Shown here one piece after another: positions 37,906 to 49,691 of a DNA stretch of 64,000 bases. This DNA comes from Mobula hypostoma. Taxonomy: Eukaryota. The translations under genes and the position numbers were made by a program. The notes beneath the pieces were generated by a model. That model saw only the letters and a program-made list of their open reading frames with translations, did no database searches and was not told where the DNA came from. Each line of letters begins with the position of its first letter. Within the stretch, counting starts at the first letter, position 1. The stretch spans positions 31,868,001 to 31,932,000 of the forward strand of contig NC_086129.1 of the NCBI RefSeq assembly GCF_963921235.1, written 5' to 3'.

Positions 37906-38289
37906 TTTCACATCAGTAAGTGTTATGGAGTGATTTTGTATTTAATGAGAGTCTGTGTGTGGTATTAGTCTACAATATCCAGGTGGTAGTGATCGGGGGG
38001 AGGACGGAGGAGGAGTGTTAATACTATTTCAGCTTCCCTTCCCTACACTGACTGCAGGGATGTTCTCTGCCATCTCCACTACCAAGGTGAACATAAACAC
38101 AGACTTTTATCAACATCACCTTTGACCTCACCTGGGTAATCCACAATCCAATAGTATGAACAGTGAATTTGTTACACTTTAGGTAGCCAAAATTCCTGTG
38201 CTCTTCTCTCCTTCCTTCTGCTCTACACAGGTTCTCCCAACTGCTCCCTCTCCTCTACAGTTGTCACCTGATTTTTCCCTACTATCACC

Positions 38290-39640
38290 CGCAGTTGGGA
38301 AGATGTTGGAGCGGATTATTAAGAATGTGGTTTTGTGGTATTTGGAGGCACATGATAAAATAGGCAGTAGTCAGCATGGTTTCCTGAAGGAAAAATCTTG
38401 CTTGAACAATCTGTTGGAATTATTTGAAGAAATAACAAGCAGGAGAGACAAAGGAGAATCGGGGGATGTTGTGTACTTGGATTTTCAAAAGGCCTTTTGA
38501 TAAGGTGCCACATGTGAGGCTGCTTAACAAGATAAAAACATATGGTATTACAGGAAAGACAGCAGCATGGTCAGAGCATTGGCTGGTTGGAGGAAGGAAA
38601 CAAAGAGTGGGAATAAAGAGAGCCTTTTCTGATTGGCTGTCGGTGATTACTGGTGTTCCCCAAGGTTTTGTGTTGGGATTGCTTCATTTTTATATTATTT
38701 GTCAATGATTTGGATGAAGGAATTGATGGCTTTGCAGCCAAGTTTGTAGATGACACAAAGATAGGTGGAGGTCAGGTAGTGTTGAGGAGGCAGTGGGGCT
38801 ACAGAAGAACTTGGACAGACTAGGAGAATGGGCAAAAAAGTGGCAGATGGAATACAGTGTCGGGAAGTGTATGATCGTGTATTTTGGTAGAATAAATAAA
38901 AGCATAGACTAATTTCTAAATGGAGAGAAAATACAAAAATCTGAGGTGCAAAGGGACTTGGGAATCCTTGTGCAGGATTCACCGAGGTTAATTTGCGGGT
39001 TGAGTCGGTGGTGAGGAAGGCAAATGCAATGTTAGCATTCATTTCAAGAGGACTAGAATATAAAAGCAAGGATATAATATTGATACTTTATAAAGCACTG
39101 GTGAGACCTCACTTGGAGTATTGTCAGCAGTTTTGGGCCCTTATCTTAGAAAGGATGTGCTGAATCTGGAGATGGTTCAAAGGAAGTTCATGTAAATGAT
39201 TCCAGGATTAAAGGAGTATTTGATGGCTCTGGGTCTGTGCTCACTAGTATTCAGAAGGATGAGAGGGGATCTCATTGAAAGGCCTCGATAGAGTAGATTT
39301 GGAGATGATGTTTCCTATGGTGGATGGCTCAAAGATCAGAGGACACAGCCTCACAATAGAGAGACATCCACTTAGAATGGAGATGAGAAGGAATTCCTTT
39401 AGCCAGAGAGTGCTGAATCTATGGAATTCATTGCCACAGGCAGCTGTAGAGGCCAGGTCATTGGGTATATTTAAGGCAGAGGCTGATGGACTCTTGATTA
39501 GTCAGGGCATGAAGGGATACAGTGAGAAGGCAGGAGATTGGGGCTGAGAGGGAATTGGGTCAACCATGATGAAATGTAGAGCAGACTCAAGAGGCCAAAT
39601 GGCCTAATTCTGCTCCTATGTCTTTTGGTCGTTTGGTCTT
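38290..39640 (+). mobile_element. CR1 RT to 3' end (decayed)
   Basis: SQHGFLKEKSCLNNLLELFEE...; tail ggcctaattctgctcctatgtcttttggtcgtttggtctta. Confidence 0.85.
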
Positions 39641-39776
39641 ATACCCCAAGTTACTACAAAAAATGAAGGAAGAGATTGCTGTGCCTTTGGCAATGAACTT
39701 TGGCCATAAGAGTAGTACCAGAAGATTGGAGTTTGTCAAATTTATTTGTTTATTTGTTGGTTTATTGAGATGCAAT

Positions 39777-40025
39777 GCAGAATAGGCCCTTCTGGCCCCT
39801 CGAGCCACGCCCTATTTAATCCTTGCCTAATCACAGGACAATTTACAATGATCAATTCACCTACCGACCGGTGCGCCTTTGGACTGTGGGTGAAAACTGA
39901 AGTACCCAGAGGAAACCCACGTTGTCACATGGAGAACATACAAACTGCTTACAGGCAGCAATAGGAATTGAACCCAGATCTCTGGTACTCTAATGCTTGT
40001 GCTAGCCACTACACTACTGTGGCAT
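39777..40025 (-). mobile_element. tRNA-derived SINE
   Basis: Similar to 14040..14277 (tRNA-like head and ttttcacccacagtccaaagg core). Confidence 0.75.
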
Positions 40026-40049
40026 CCATATGTAATTCCTTTGTTCAAT

Positions 40050-40745
40050 AAAGGTAATAGGGAATTATAAACCAGTGAGTCTTATGTTAGAGATGCTGCC
40101 TGGCCTGCTGTGTTCACCAGCAACTTTTATGTGTGTTGCTTGTAATTCCAGCATCTGCAGATTTTCTTGTGTTTGAAAGTTACGTTGGTGATGGGCAAAC
40201 TATTGGAGAGAATTCTTGGAGACTGGATTAGGGATAAATAGCATGGCTTTGTGGGTTGCAGGTCATGCCTCAAAAGCCTGAATGAATTCTTTGAGGATGT
40301 GACAAAACACATTGATAAAGGTACAGTAGTGTATGTGGTGTAAATGGATATTAGTAAGGCACTTGATAAGGTCCCCCATGCAAGTCTCAGAAAGTCAGGA
40401 GGTTTGGGATCTAGAGAAACTTGGCTGTGTGGATTCAGAATTGGCTTGCTCATATAAAGTAGAGCATGGTAGGAGATGGAGCATATTTTGCCTGGTGGTT
40501 GATGACTGTGGTGTTCCTCAGAGATCTGTTCTTTATGATTTTTATAAATAACTTGGTTGAGGTGGTGGAAGGGATGGGTTAGTACGTTTCCAGATGACAT
40601 GGAGGTTGGTGGAGTTGTGGATAGTGTGCAGAGTTAAAACGGGACAGTGATAGGATACCGAGCAGGGCAGAGAAGCGGCAGATTGAGTTCAATCCAGAGT
40701 GAAGTGATTCACTTAGGAAGGTCAAACCTGAAGGCAGAATAGGGC
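40050..40745 (+). mobile_element. CR1 RT fragments with a short Penelope end inserted at ~40088..40175
   Basis: CR1 RT-like DNA (gataaggtcccccatgcaag) interrupted by gatgctgcctggcctgctg...ccagcatctgcag. Confidence 0.7.
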
Positions 40746-41099
40746 AGCTTATGAATATGTAAACAGTATTGTTTATGCAGCTAATTCATAAATTTTATTC
40801 ATAAGGACCACAGAAAGGTTAAGTAAGGTTAAAAAAACACTATTTACACTGATTTTGCTAGTGGAATTGCAGGAAATGAGAGGTAAATTTTGTGAGAGAT
40901 TTTCAAAGGTGAATAAAAACAATTTGATGCAAAACAATAATCCATCGGAACTGACAATAAAGGTCATTGAAATGATACTGACGGAGCAGAAGTTACCTTA
41001 GATGTTGTGACTGGATTCGGTTCCATTTTCCCACACTTCATTTACGTAGCATCTCACTGTTGATTGAACTAAGCAGAACATTTAAGAGGGGGGGGGGGA

Positions 41100-41301
41100 G
41101 AGCGAAAAGCTTCACCTCGAACGTAACTTCCTCCGTTCAGCACATTCTCTGGCATTTCTCAGTCTCTGCTGATCTCCGCCTGGAACATATAAATTACTTA
41201 CGGGCAAAACATCCACATCCTTTACTGCAGCCCGAACACTTCGAGCTGGTTAAGGGGGCCGAGAGTTTAAACTGTATAGGGACCGCTGGAATCAGAGAAA
41301 G
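41100..41301 (+). promoter_or_regulatory. Putative promoter / 5' region of the IgSF gene
   Basis: Unique, locally CpG-containing DNA with an ETS-like ACTTCCT (41126..41132) and TATAAA (41188..41193) about 110 bp upstream of the ATG. Function is inferred only. Confidence 0.4.
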
Positions 41302-41350
41302 ATGCAATTATTCCTGAAACTTCTTTTCCTCTTACAGGCACTAGTCCGAG
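41302..41350 (+). CDS. IgSF receptor exon 1: signal peptide MQLFLKLLFLLQALVR(G)
   Basis: ATG at 41302, a hydrophobic leader and a consensus donor CGAG|GTAAGT. Phase 1 joins in frame to exon 2. Confidence 0.85.
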
Positions 41351-41788
41351 GTAAGTTACTTTGAGCTGACGATGTATGCACTAACAAAAACCTGTGATGA
41401 GGATCATAATTTTACCCATTTCTGCATTTAAATGTCATTACGGAACGAGTCTATTATTGAGATAGCTAATCGATTAAAATTTCTACTCAGAGGTCTAGAA
41501 CACCTTCATAAGGTTTCGCCTCAATTAAATCTATATTTATTTGGGTTGAAATATGTTTTGCGTATTCGTTGAATGCGAATCCAGACGCTGATTCGATAAT
41601 TTAAAATTGTATTTGAGGTAACATTTGGTTAGTATAGCACCATCATTGAACTTGAATCAAAGTTAATCGTGGCTACACCGCTCTGCAACCGCTCAGTGCA
41701 TTTAAACCAAGCTCAGGCAGAATGTTGGATCCCAAATTAACATATAATTTAGGACCAAATCTGACAAGCTTTATTTCTTTCCCATCAG

Positions 41789-42136
41789 GGGTTCCAGTGG
41801 TCTTGGAGGTGAACCAGCCGCGTCTCGTCAGTGTCTGGAGAGGGGAGTCAGTCACGTTAAACTGCAGCTTTACTCATAATGCAACTGAGGATGGCTGGGT
41901 CATCATTTCCTGGCACAGGACATCACCAAGGGCTGGAGATGTTCCTTACAAAGTGAATAATCTGCATTGTGTCCCTGACGCCTGTCTGCATGGATTGAAA
42001 CGCTGTAATGCATCACTGAGGGTTGAACATGTCTCCTTTGATCACTCTGGTAATCGCTACACCTGTATCCTGAGGATACCCAGTGTCTACCCACCATTAG
42101 AGGCAAGAGGCCAAGGAACACTGCTGCAGGTTTATG
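41789..42136 (+). CDS. IgSF receptor exon 2: V-set (VJ-type) Ig domain
   Basis: Acceptor tttctttcccatcag and donor G|gtaaac. Motifs GESVTLNC, ISW, SLRV, RYTC and J-like ARGQGTLLQV. Confidence 0.92.
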
Positions 42137-42634
42137 GTAAACTTTTTTTTGTCATTCTACAAGTATAGTTTCTGCAATGTGTATCAGTATCAGAATCAGG
42201 TTTATTATCACTGACATGTGTAGTGAAATTTGTTGTGCTGTGGCAGCAGCCATTATTCATAACAGGCCAAGAAACACTGCTGTAGGTTTATGATTAAACA
42301 TTTGTATCATTCTGCAAATATGCAATTTTTGCACTGAACATTTATTTGATACAATAATGTTAAAACATGGTGACATTTGTACCAAGCCATATACTGAAAC
42401 ATTAATATACATGACAACAAGCACAACCAACGAGAAAGCTTAAGAAATGGGCATTAGGTTTCAACCACAGCAAATAGGGGTAAATCGGTGCTGGTGTTTT
42501 GAGTGAATTTTGCCAGATCTGATAGGTTATATGTGGTTTCATTTTAATAGAGGATCATAAATCAGTTATGAAGATCATATCTGAAATTGATATTGTATTT
42601 CTTCTTTTGCTATCTACAATAAATATAGGTAGCT

Positions 42635-44570
42635 TGGAGTAAATGAGGTGCTCGAGGAATATAAAGATTGTGAAAAGAATCTTAAGAAAGAAATTAGAAA
42701 AGCTAAAAGAAGATATGAGGTTACTTTGGCAAGTAAGGTGAAAATAAATCCAAAGGGTTTCTACAGTTATATTAATAGCAAAAGGATAGTGAGGGATAAA
42801 ATTGGTCCCTTAGAGAATCAGAGTGGACGGCTATGTGTGGAGCCAAAAGAGATGGCGGAGATTTTGAACAATTTCTTTTCTTCAGTATTCACTAAGGAGA
42901 AGGATATTGAATTGTGTAAGGTAAGGGAAACAAGTAGGGTAGTTATGGAAACTATGATGATTAAAGAACCATGGCACTTTTAAGGAATATAGAAGTGGAT
43001 AAGTCTCCGGGTCCTGACAGGATATTCCCTAGGACCTTGAGGGAAGTTAGTGTGGAAATAGCAGGGGCTCTGACAGAAATATTTCAAATGTCATTAGAAA
43101 CATGGATGGTGCTGGAGGATTGGCGTATTGCTCATGTTGCTCCATTGTTTAAAAAGGGTTCTAAGAGTAAACCTAGCAATTATCGGCCTGTGAGTGGTTG
43201 GTACATTGATGGAAAGTACTCTTAGAGATGGTATATATAATTATTTGGATAGACAGGGTCTGGTTAGGAACAGTCAACGTGGATTTGTGTGTGGAAGGTC
43301 ATGTTTGACAAAACTTATTGAATTTTTTGAAGAGGTTACTAGGAAAGTAGATGAGGGTAAAGCAGTAGATGTTGTCTATATGGACTTCAGTAAGGCCTTT
43401 GACAAGGTTCCATATGGAAGGTTAGTTAGGAAGGTTCAATCTTTAGGTCTTAATATTGAAGTAGTAAAATGGATTCAGCAGTGGCTGGATGGGAGACGCC
43501 AGAGAGTAGTGGTGGATAACTGTTTGTCAGGTTGGAGGCCGGTGCCTAGTGGTGTGTCCCAAGGATCTGTACTGGGTCTAATGTTGTTTGTCATATATAT
43601 TAAAGATCTGGATAATGGGGTGGTAAATTGGATTAGTAAGTATGCAGATGATACTAAGGTGGGTGGAGTTGTGGATAATGAAGTAGGTTTTCAAAGCTTG
43701 CAGAGAGATTTAGGCCAGTTAGAAGAGTGGGCTGAAAGAAGGCAGATGGAGTTTAATGCTGATAAATGTGAGGTGCTACATTTTGGTAGGACTAATCAAA
43801 ATAGGACATACATGGTAAATGGTAGGGCATTGAAGAATGCAGTGGAACAGAGGGATCTAGGAATAATGGTGCATAGTTCCCTGAAGGTGGAGTCTCATGT
43901 GGATAGGGTGGTGAAGAAAGCTTTTGGTATGCTGGCCTTTATAAATCAGAGCATTGAGTATAGGAGTTGGGATGTAATGTTGAAATTGTACAAGGCATTG
44001 GTAAGGCCAAATTTGGAGTATTGTGTACAGTTCTGGTCACCTAATTATAGGACAGATGTCAACAAAATTGAGAGAGTATAGAGAAGATTTACTAGAATGT
44101 TACCTGGGTTTCATGTCCTAAGTTAAAGAGAAAGGTTGAACAAGTTGGGTCTTTATTCTTTGGAGCATAGAAGGTTGAGGGGGGACTTGATAGAGGCATT
44201 TAAAATTATGAGGGGGATAGATAGAGTTGACGTGGATAGGCTTTTTTTCCATTGAGAGTGGGGGAGATTCAAACAAGAGGACATGAGTTGAGAGTTAAAG
44301 GGCAAAAGTTTAGGGGTAACATGAGGGGGAACTTCTTTACTCAGAGAGTGGTAGCTGTGTGGAACGAGCTTCCAGCAGAAGTGGTTGAGGCAGGTTCAAT
44401 GTTGTCATTTAAAGTAAAATTGGATAGCTATATGGCCAGGAAAGGAATGGAGGGTTAAGGGCTGAGTGCAGGTCGGTGGGACTAGGTGAGAGTAAGAGTT
44501 CGGCACGGACTAGAAGCGCTGAGATAGCTTGTTTCCGTGCTGTAATTGTTAAATATAATATGGTTATATA
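42635..44570 (+). mobile_element. CR1 LINE 3' half in intron 2 (young; 295-aa RT ORF at 43194..44081)
   Basis: YMDFSKAFDKVP, SGVSQGSVLG, KYADDTK and LYKALVRPNLEYCVQFWSP, plus a CR1 3' UTR. Confidence 0.92.
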
Positions 44571-45329
44571 ATTGTTCATGTGACTTTTACATTCATTTAC
44601 CTTTTTAAGAATAATTAAAAAGTGCCAATGCCAATCACTCTATTTAATATTCCAAATAGCCAACAGTTGTTTCATTTCCAATATATTAACAATCCAATGA
44701 AATAAAAATAATTATTATAAATAGACACCAGGCAATGGTAAAGAAATATCTATTGTACACAGTTTGGAGCTTAATGGGGATGTAGTATAAAGAGTATAAA
44801 CTTATGAGTTTCTGCAACAAGGAAAACAGCAAGGATCTAGTTATCCCAGCAGAAATGTAAGTAACTTGGGAGCCAAAAAGAATTAAGTAAGTGTTGATAA
44901 AAGATGACTATGTGGCAGAGTCTGGAGCTCACCAGCTGAATGGGTGATCAGAGGTGAAATTCTCAACATGTTTCATAAGTACCTGTAGGGCTTTGAACCT
45001 GGGAAATTAGATTAAAATCTATTTTGGCTCCTATGTACGGCAGCGGTCTCCATCCATGCCATGATTTTTTGATTGCATTAACACTTACAGCTAGAATAAT
45101 TCAGAAGCCCACCAATTTCCCACTGAATTGACTTACTGTGCATTAAGATTATCTTGTAATTAATACAGACCGTGGGGCTGCTGCATGTGAGTTTGATCCA
45201 ACAATTGCTCTTGCGATATTTTATTATATAATCCAATTTAAGCATAAACATGGAGTAATATTATACTTCTCCAACATATGTTTGTTCCTTGATGCTTCTC
45301 ACCTAAAGAATAGGCTGTTTTACTTGAAG

Positions 45330-45805
45330 ATTTACTAGAATGTTACCTGGGTTTCATCACCTAAGATACAGAGAAAGGTTGAACAAGTTGGGTCTTTATT
45401 CTTTGGAACGTAGAAGGCTGAGGGGGGACTTGATTGAGGTGTTTAAAATTATGAGGGGGATAGACAGAGTTGATGTGGATAGGCTTTTTCCATTGAGAGT
45501 GGGGGAGATTCAAACAAGAGGACATGAGTTGTGAGTTAAAGGGCAAAAGTTTAGGGGTAACATGAGGGGGAACTTCTTTACTCAGAGAGTGGTAGCTGTG
45601 TGGAACGAGCTTCCAGCAGAAGCGGCTGAGGCAGGTTCGATGTTGTCGTTTAAAGTTAAATTGGACAGCTATATGGACAGGAAAGGAATGGAGGGTTATG
45701 GGCTGTGCAGGTCGGTGGGACTAGGTGAGAGTAAGAGTTCAGCACGGACTAGAAGGGCCGAGATGGCCTGTTTCCGTGCTGTAATTGTTATATGGTTATA
45801 TGGTA
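45330..45805 (+). mobile_element. CR1 3' end in intron 2 (same subfamily as 44080..44570)
   Basis: Near-identical to 44082..44560 by eye. Confidence 0.9.
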
Positions 45806-45973
45806 ATCATTTGATATAACTCTTTTAAATTAATATATTCTGTATCAAGCTAAAGCAAATTTACTCTGTGAGTAAGCTTCACTAACATAAAAATACATTA
45901 GTGAAGTTTGTTGACAGAGTAAGATACAGTCAATATAGTTTAATACAGTATATTGTGCTTTGTTCTCTTTTAG

Positions 45974-46276
45974 AACCTCCTGAAATTTCTGTTCTGGATG
46001 GTCCTTTGGTTGCTGATAATGAATCCGTCCTCAACTGCTCAGGCAACGGGTTGTTAGCTGAGGATATCTCCTTTACATGGGCATGCTCAGGAACAAACAA
46101 TTTTACGGAAGTTGCTGGACCAACTCTGTGGAAGAATAATAATGGCACTTCTGTTGTCACCAGCCAGCTTAAGCTTGTCCCAAGAGTGGAAGACCATGGG
46201 TCTGTTTGCAGCTGTCAGATTGATCATGCCACCTTCAGACAACCAATTAAAATCCATATCAAGCTAAATGTTATGT
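45974..46276 (+). CDS. IgSF receptor exon 3: C1/C2-like (nectin/CD80-type) Ig domain
   Basis: Acceptor ttctcttttag and donor T|gtaagt, phase 1-1. PPEISV..LNC.G...DISFTW...GTSVVTSQLKLVP..EDHG..C.CQIDH.TF. Confidence 0.92.
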
Positions 46277-47972
46277 GTAAGTATAATCTTCATTGTGTAT
46301 GCTAATCTTCAAACTTTTATTATATCGACATTATTCCCTGTTATAACTGAGATGTATATTGCTGTCTGTGATAGTGCAACTGAATTCCCTACGTGTGCTT
46401 TTGATGCTTGTGGACCCAATTCCACTACTTTGATCACTCATCCACTTTTCACAACACTTTTTCCTTTTGCACCTTTCCTTGTTGTATACTTCAGAGCTCT
46501 CCATTAAATTTCCCAATCTCTAGGACACAAAGTTGATCCTTTCTGTGACTCTTGACCCACTCATTACTACCTCTTTTATGAAGGGTCAATTCCAACATTG
46601 CAATACATTCTAGTGAGTGTGGCTGTCTCTACATGGTTCCACTTTGATCCATTAAGTTTTAACCACAGATCAACTTACTCCACCCCCACCCCCCACACCG
46701 TCATGTATCATTACATGACCCCTTCCTGTTTTTCACCTAACCTCCCCTATTGCTTACATTATCCAAAAAATATAAAGCTTCAGACGTGGGTACTTACTTC
46801 ACCACCACCTTGTACAATTTCTCCATTACGTCTTTGCTCAGAGACTGCCTGTCCGAGATTCAACCCTGGAAGATTTGCAATAGTTAAACCTTGGGAAAAC
46901 GTTGTCTTTGACTGCTGCTAAAGTTCAGTGCCCTTCATCTTATCCTAGTGACAAAGAGTCATTGAATCCATACAGCACAGAAAAGGCCATTTGGCCAATC
47001 TGGTCCATGTTTCCCATCTAAGCTTGCCCCATACTCCCATGTTTCCCCTACATCCCTTCAAGTCTTTCTTATCCATGTACCTGCCCAAGTACTTTTATAA
47101 TATTATTAATGTACACTGCCTCACGCAGCTAATTCAATGTACTGACCAGTCTTTTGACTCTTCGATGTAATTTCAATCACATCATCACAGAGACTCCCTA
47201 TATCCACTCTTTATTTCCTCTCTCCACCTTTACTTTGACTCAACTGCTAATCTATCATCCAGTCTTTTATTGCATGCAGACTTGATTTTCTGCCAACTGT
47301 TCTGGCTAGCTTGTATTAGATTAAAGAAAGATTCTCACATGTACTTTAAAATATACAGTGAAATGGATCATTTGCGGTCGACATGAAAACGTACAAACTC
47401 CTTACAAACAGTGGTGGGAATTGAACCCCAATCAGTAATCACCGGCATTGTAAAGTGATTGCATTAACTTTTATGCTACTGTAAATAAAGGAATATCCAA
47501 ATCTCTTTCATTATGTAATGACACAACAGATTTCACTCTTACACTTCTTCTGTAATTAAAACTTTTATTGTTTCCAAATCAACGATTTATTACTTTTGAA
47601 CTATTAACTTCTGGGCAGATTCCTCCATGACCTACCCTCATGGTAAACCCCTCACAGCCTATAACCCCCCCAAGAACTCTACATTTTTCCAGCTGTAACC
47701 TTGCGGAATCTCAACTTCTTTCATGTGATTAGTGTGCTAAGCTCCTGAATTCACTCACCGTCCATCTGTACATCCATAGGCAAGAAAATTATCTTTGTCT
47801 AAACCTTAGTTACAAAACTTTGTTTTGGTAGTAGTTTGATCTTCAACACATAGATCCCTTGGAACTGCTGACCTTTCAGAAGTGCTCAGTCTGCTTTTAT
47901 TGTCTACTCATGCATCAATTGTATCTATATTGCTGCGGTCTACAATAACGTATGTATTGCTTTTATTGTTAG

Positions 47973-48302
47973 ATGGACCACATGATTCAATAATAACATA
48001 CAAGTTGAATACCATGGGTAATTATCTTCCTATCAACCATAGTGAAATCATTGCTGTTGTCGGTTCATCCTTGGCACTGAATTGCTGTATGACGAGTAAC
48101 CCCGCTTCCACTGTGATGTGGACAAAGGTCAGGGAGAGTCCAAATGGAACATTACAAACTAATATTGGATTAAACTGCACAGAAGTACAGATACATGTTC
48201 AATCTGAAGATGAGGGAATCTATTGGTGCATGGCATACAACGACTACGGCAGCAGAAACACAAGCATTTGGATTAAAGCAAATCATGAAACCAATTATAA
48301 CT
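47973..48302 (+). CDS. IgSF receptor exon 4: C2/I-set Ig domain
   Basis: Acceptor cttttattgttag and donor T|gtaagt. The junction creates the typical V(M)YGP motif. GSSLALNC..SNP..VMWTK...EDEGIYWCMAYNDYG. Confidence 0.92.
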
Positions 48303-48709
48303 GTAAGTATGCATGCATGTGTGTACATTACAGTACTTATTGAGTTTGACTCAATCTCAGGAAATGAAAGCTCAGAATAATTAATTCTGTATCTTCTTTC
48401 TTGGTCTTAGTAGTTGATGATTGTTATATTTGTTTGCATTTTAAAATACACATTCAGTGCTATAAGCATCAAGTGCTTACAATGCTTTTACACTGTAGGG
48501 CAAATAACTTCTAAAAATTAAAATGCTGCAATTTTGTTTATTAATGAATGTGTACATCCTCTAGAACTGTTGGAAATATTTAACCTGCTTTCAAATTGAA
48601 TAAAGCAACTGCATTTGTATTATTTTATTTTTATGTCTCCAAACATTTTATTTTGTGAAAATGTTGACATCTTGAATTTTTATTCTGTTATTTATTATAT
48701 TTTTCACAG

Positions 48710-48799
48710 ATTATCAACTTTATGCTGTGCTCCCCATAACTACAGTCATCATTATGACAATAATGTTTTCTTGGCTGATCTGCAAGAGGCAACGGAAAG
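48710..48799 (+). CDS. IgSF receptor exon 5: transmembrane segment plus basic stop-transfer
   Basis: Acceptor tatttttcacag and donor G|gtaaat, phase 1-1. YYQLYAVLPITTVIIMTIMFSWLIC-KRQRK. Confidence 0.85.
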
Positions 48800-49234
48800 G
48801 TAAATCTTAAAATAAATCATTGGTTGTAGGTGTTAACCTTACTATTGACATCAATAGTGAGCTGAAAACGATGTGGTTTTCAACAGACTGCATGATTATA
48901 CATTGCTTTTCAATTTTGTGTGTTCAATTTTTGGGTTATTTGCATGACCTAACCTCCCTCTGTTAAATAAGCAAATCATTTGAAGTTAGAGGATTGTGGA
49001 AGAGCTTGTTCAATGTTTGAAATTTTATTACTTGTACTCTTGATGTCATCGTAAAATTTATGCTAAAATGAGTAACATTTTCCTTGATAAAGATAAAAAC
49101 TGTTATTTTAGACTTCACAGAAATTATGCTCTCATTTTCTGTTAGATACTAAATGTTTAAAAGTCCTAATTGGATTAAGTTGAAGGAAGTGAATGAAAGG
49201 TGATATAAATTTTGATTTCTGTAATATTGTTCAG

Positions 49235-49251
49235 CATTTGACTGGAAATGA
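49235..49251 (+). CDS. Candidate terminal coding exon (AFDWK*)
   Basis: Acceptor tttctgtaatattgttcag, phase 1. Nearby alternative acceptors (~49110, ~49145) would give other short tails, so the true last exon is uncertain. Confidence 0.4.
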
Positions 49252-49691
49252 TACTGAAGAGCTGATTCAGCAAGTCAGAGGGAAATGAAGGTTTATAAAT
49301 GATAAAACAGGCTGTGACCATTATTTTCCAGAAGTCTTTGGTAAAGAAACATGCTAGATGATGAAATTTGCAAAACTGATTTTCTGCAAAAAAGAAGATA
49401 AACTAGATTTCAATTTAATTTGGTTCTGATGTTAGCATAAAATTTGGAATGAAATTACCAACAGGAATTAGTAAGATTTACTATTTTCAAAGGCAAGTTG
49501 AGCAGGTTACAGTATTTTTTTACACCAGAGAGAAGCTGCAGTGATTGTAAGTTTAAATATGTTTTTGGGAAAAGATTTTTAAGTTGGAGCTTTATGGTAA
49601 ACAGATAGCACACGTCTTTGGCAACAGAGCATAAATAAGGTATAATATTAAAATGTAATTTCTTCAGAGTGAAATGGCTCAGTGACTAATG

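Noticed and set aside
38040-38200. Donor-like ccag|gtgagg on the minus strand
   Set aside because: It lies in old Penelope 3' sequence.
41789-42136. Siglec (Siglec-15-like) identity for the V domain
   Set aside because: There is some N-terminal resemblance, but the essential Arg after the F-strand Cys is absent (YTCIL), and the J-like GxGT strand is not Siglec-like.
41700-42400. Rearranging antigen-receptor (Ig/TCR) V segment
   Set aside because: V and J-like strands are fused in one exon, no RSS heptamer/nonamer was seen, and it splices to non-classical C domains.
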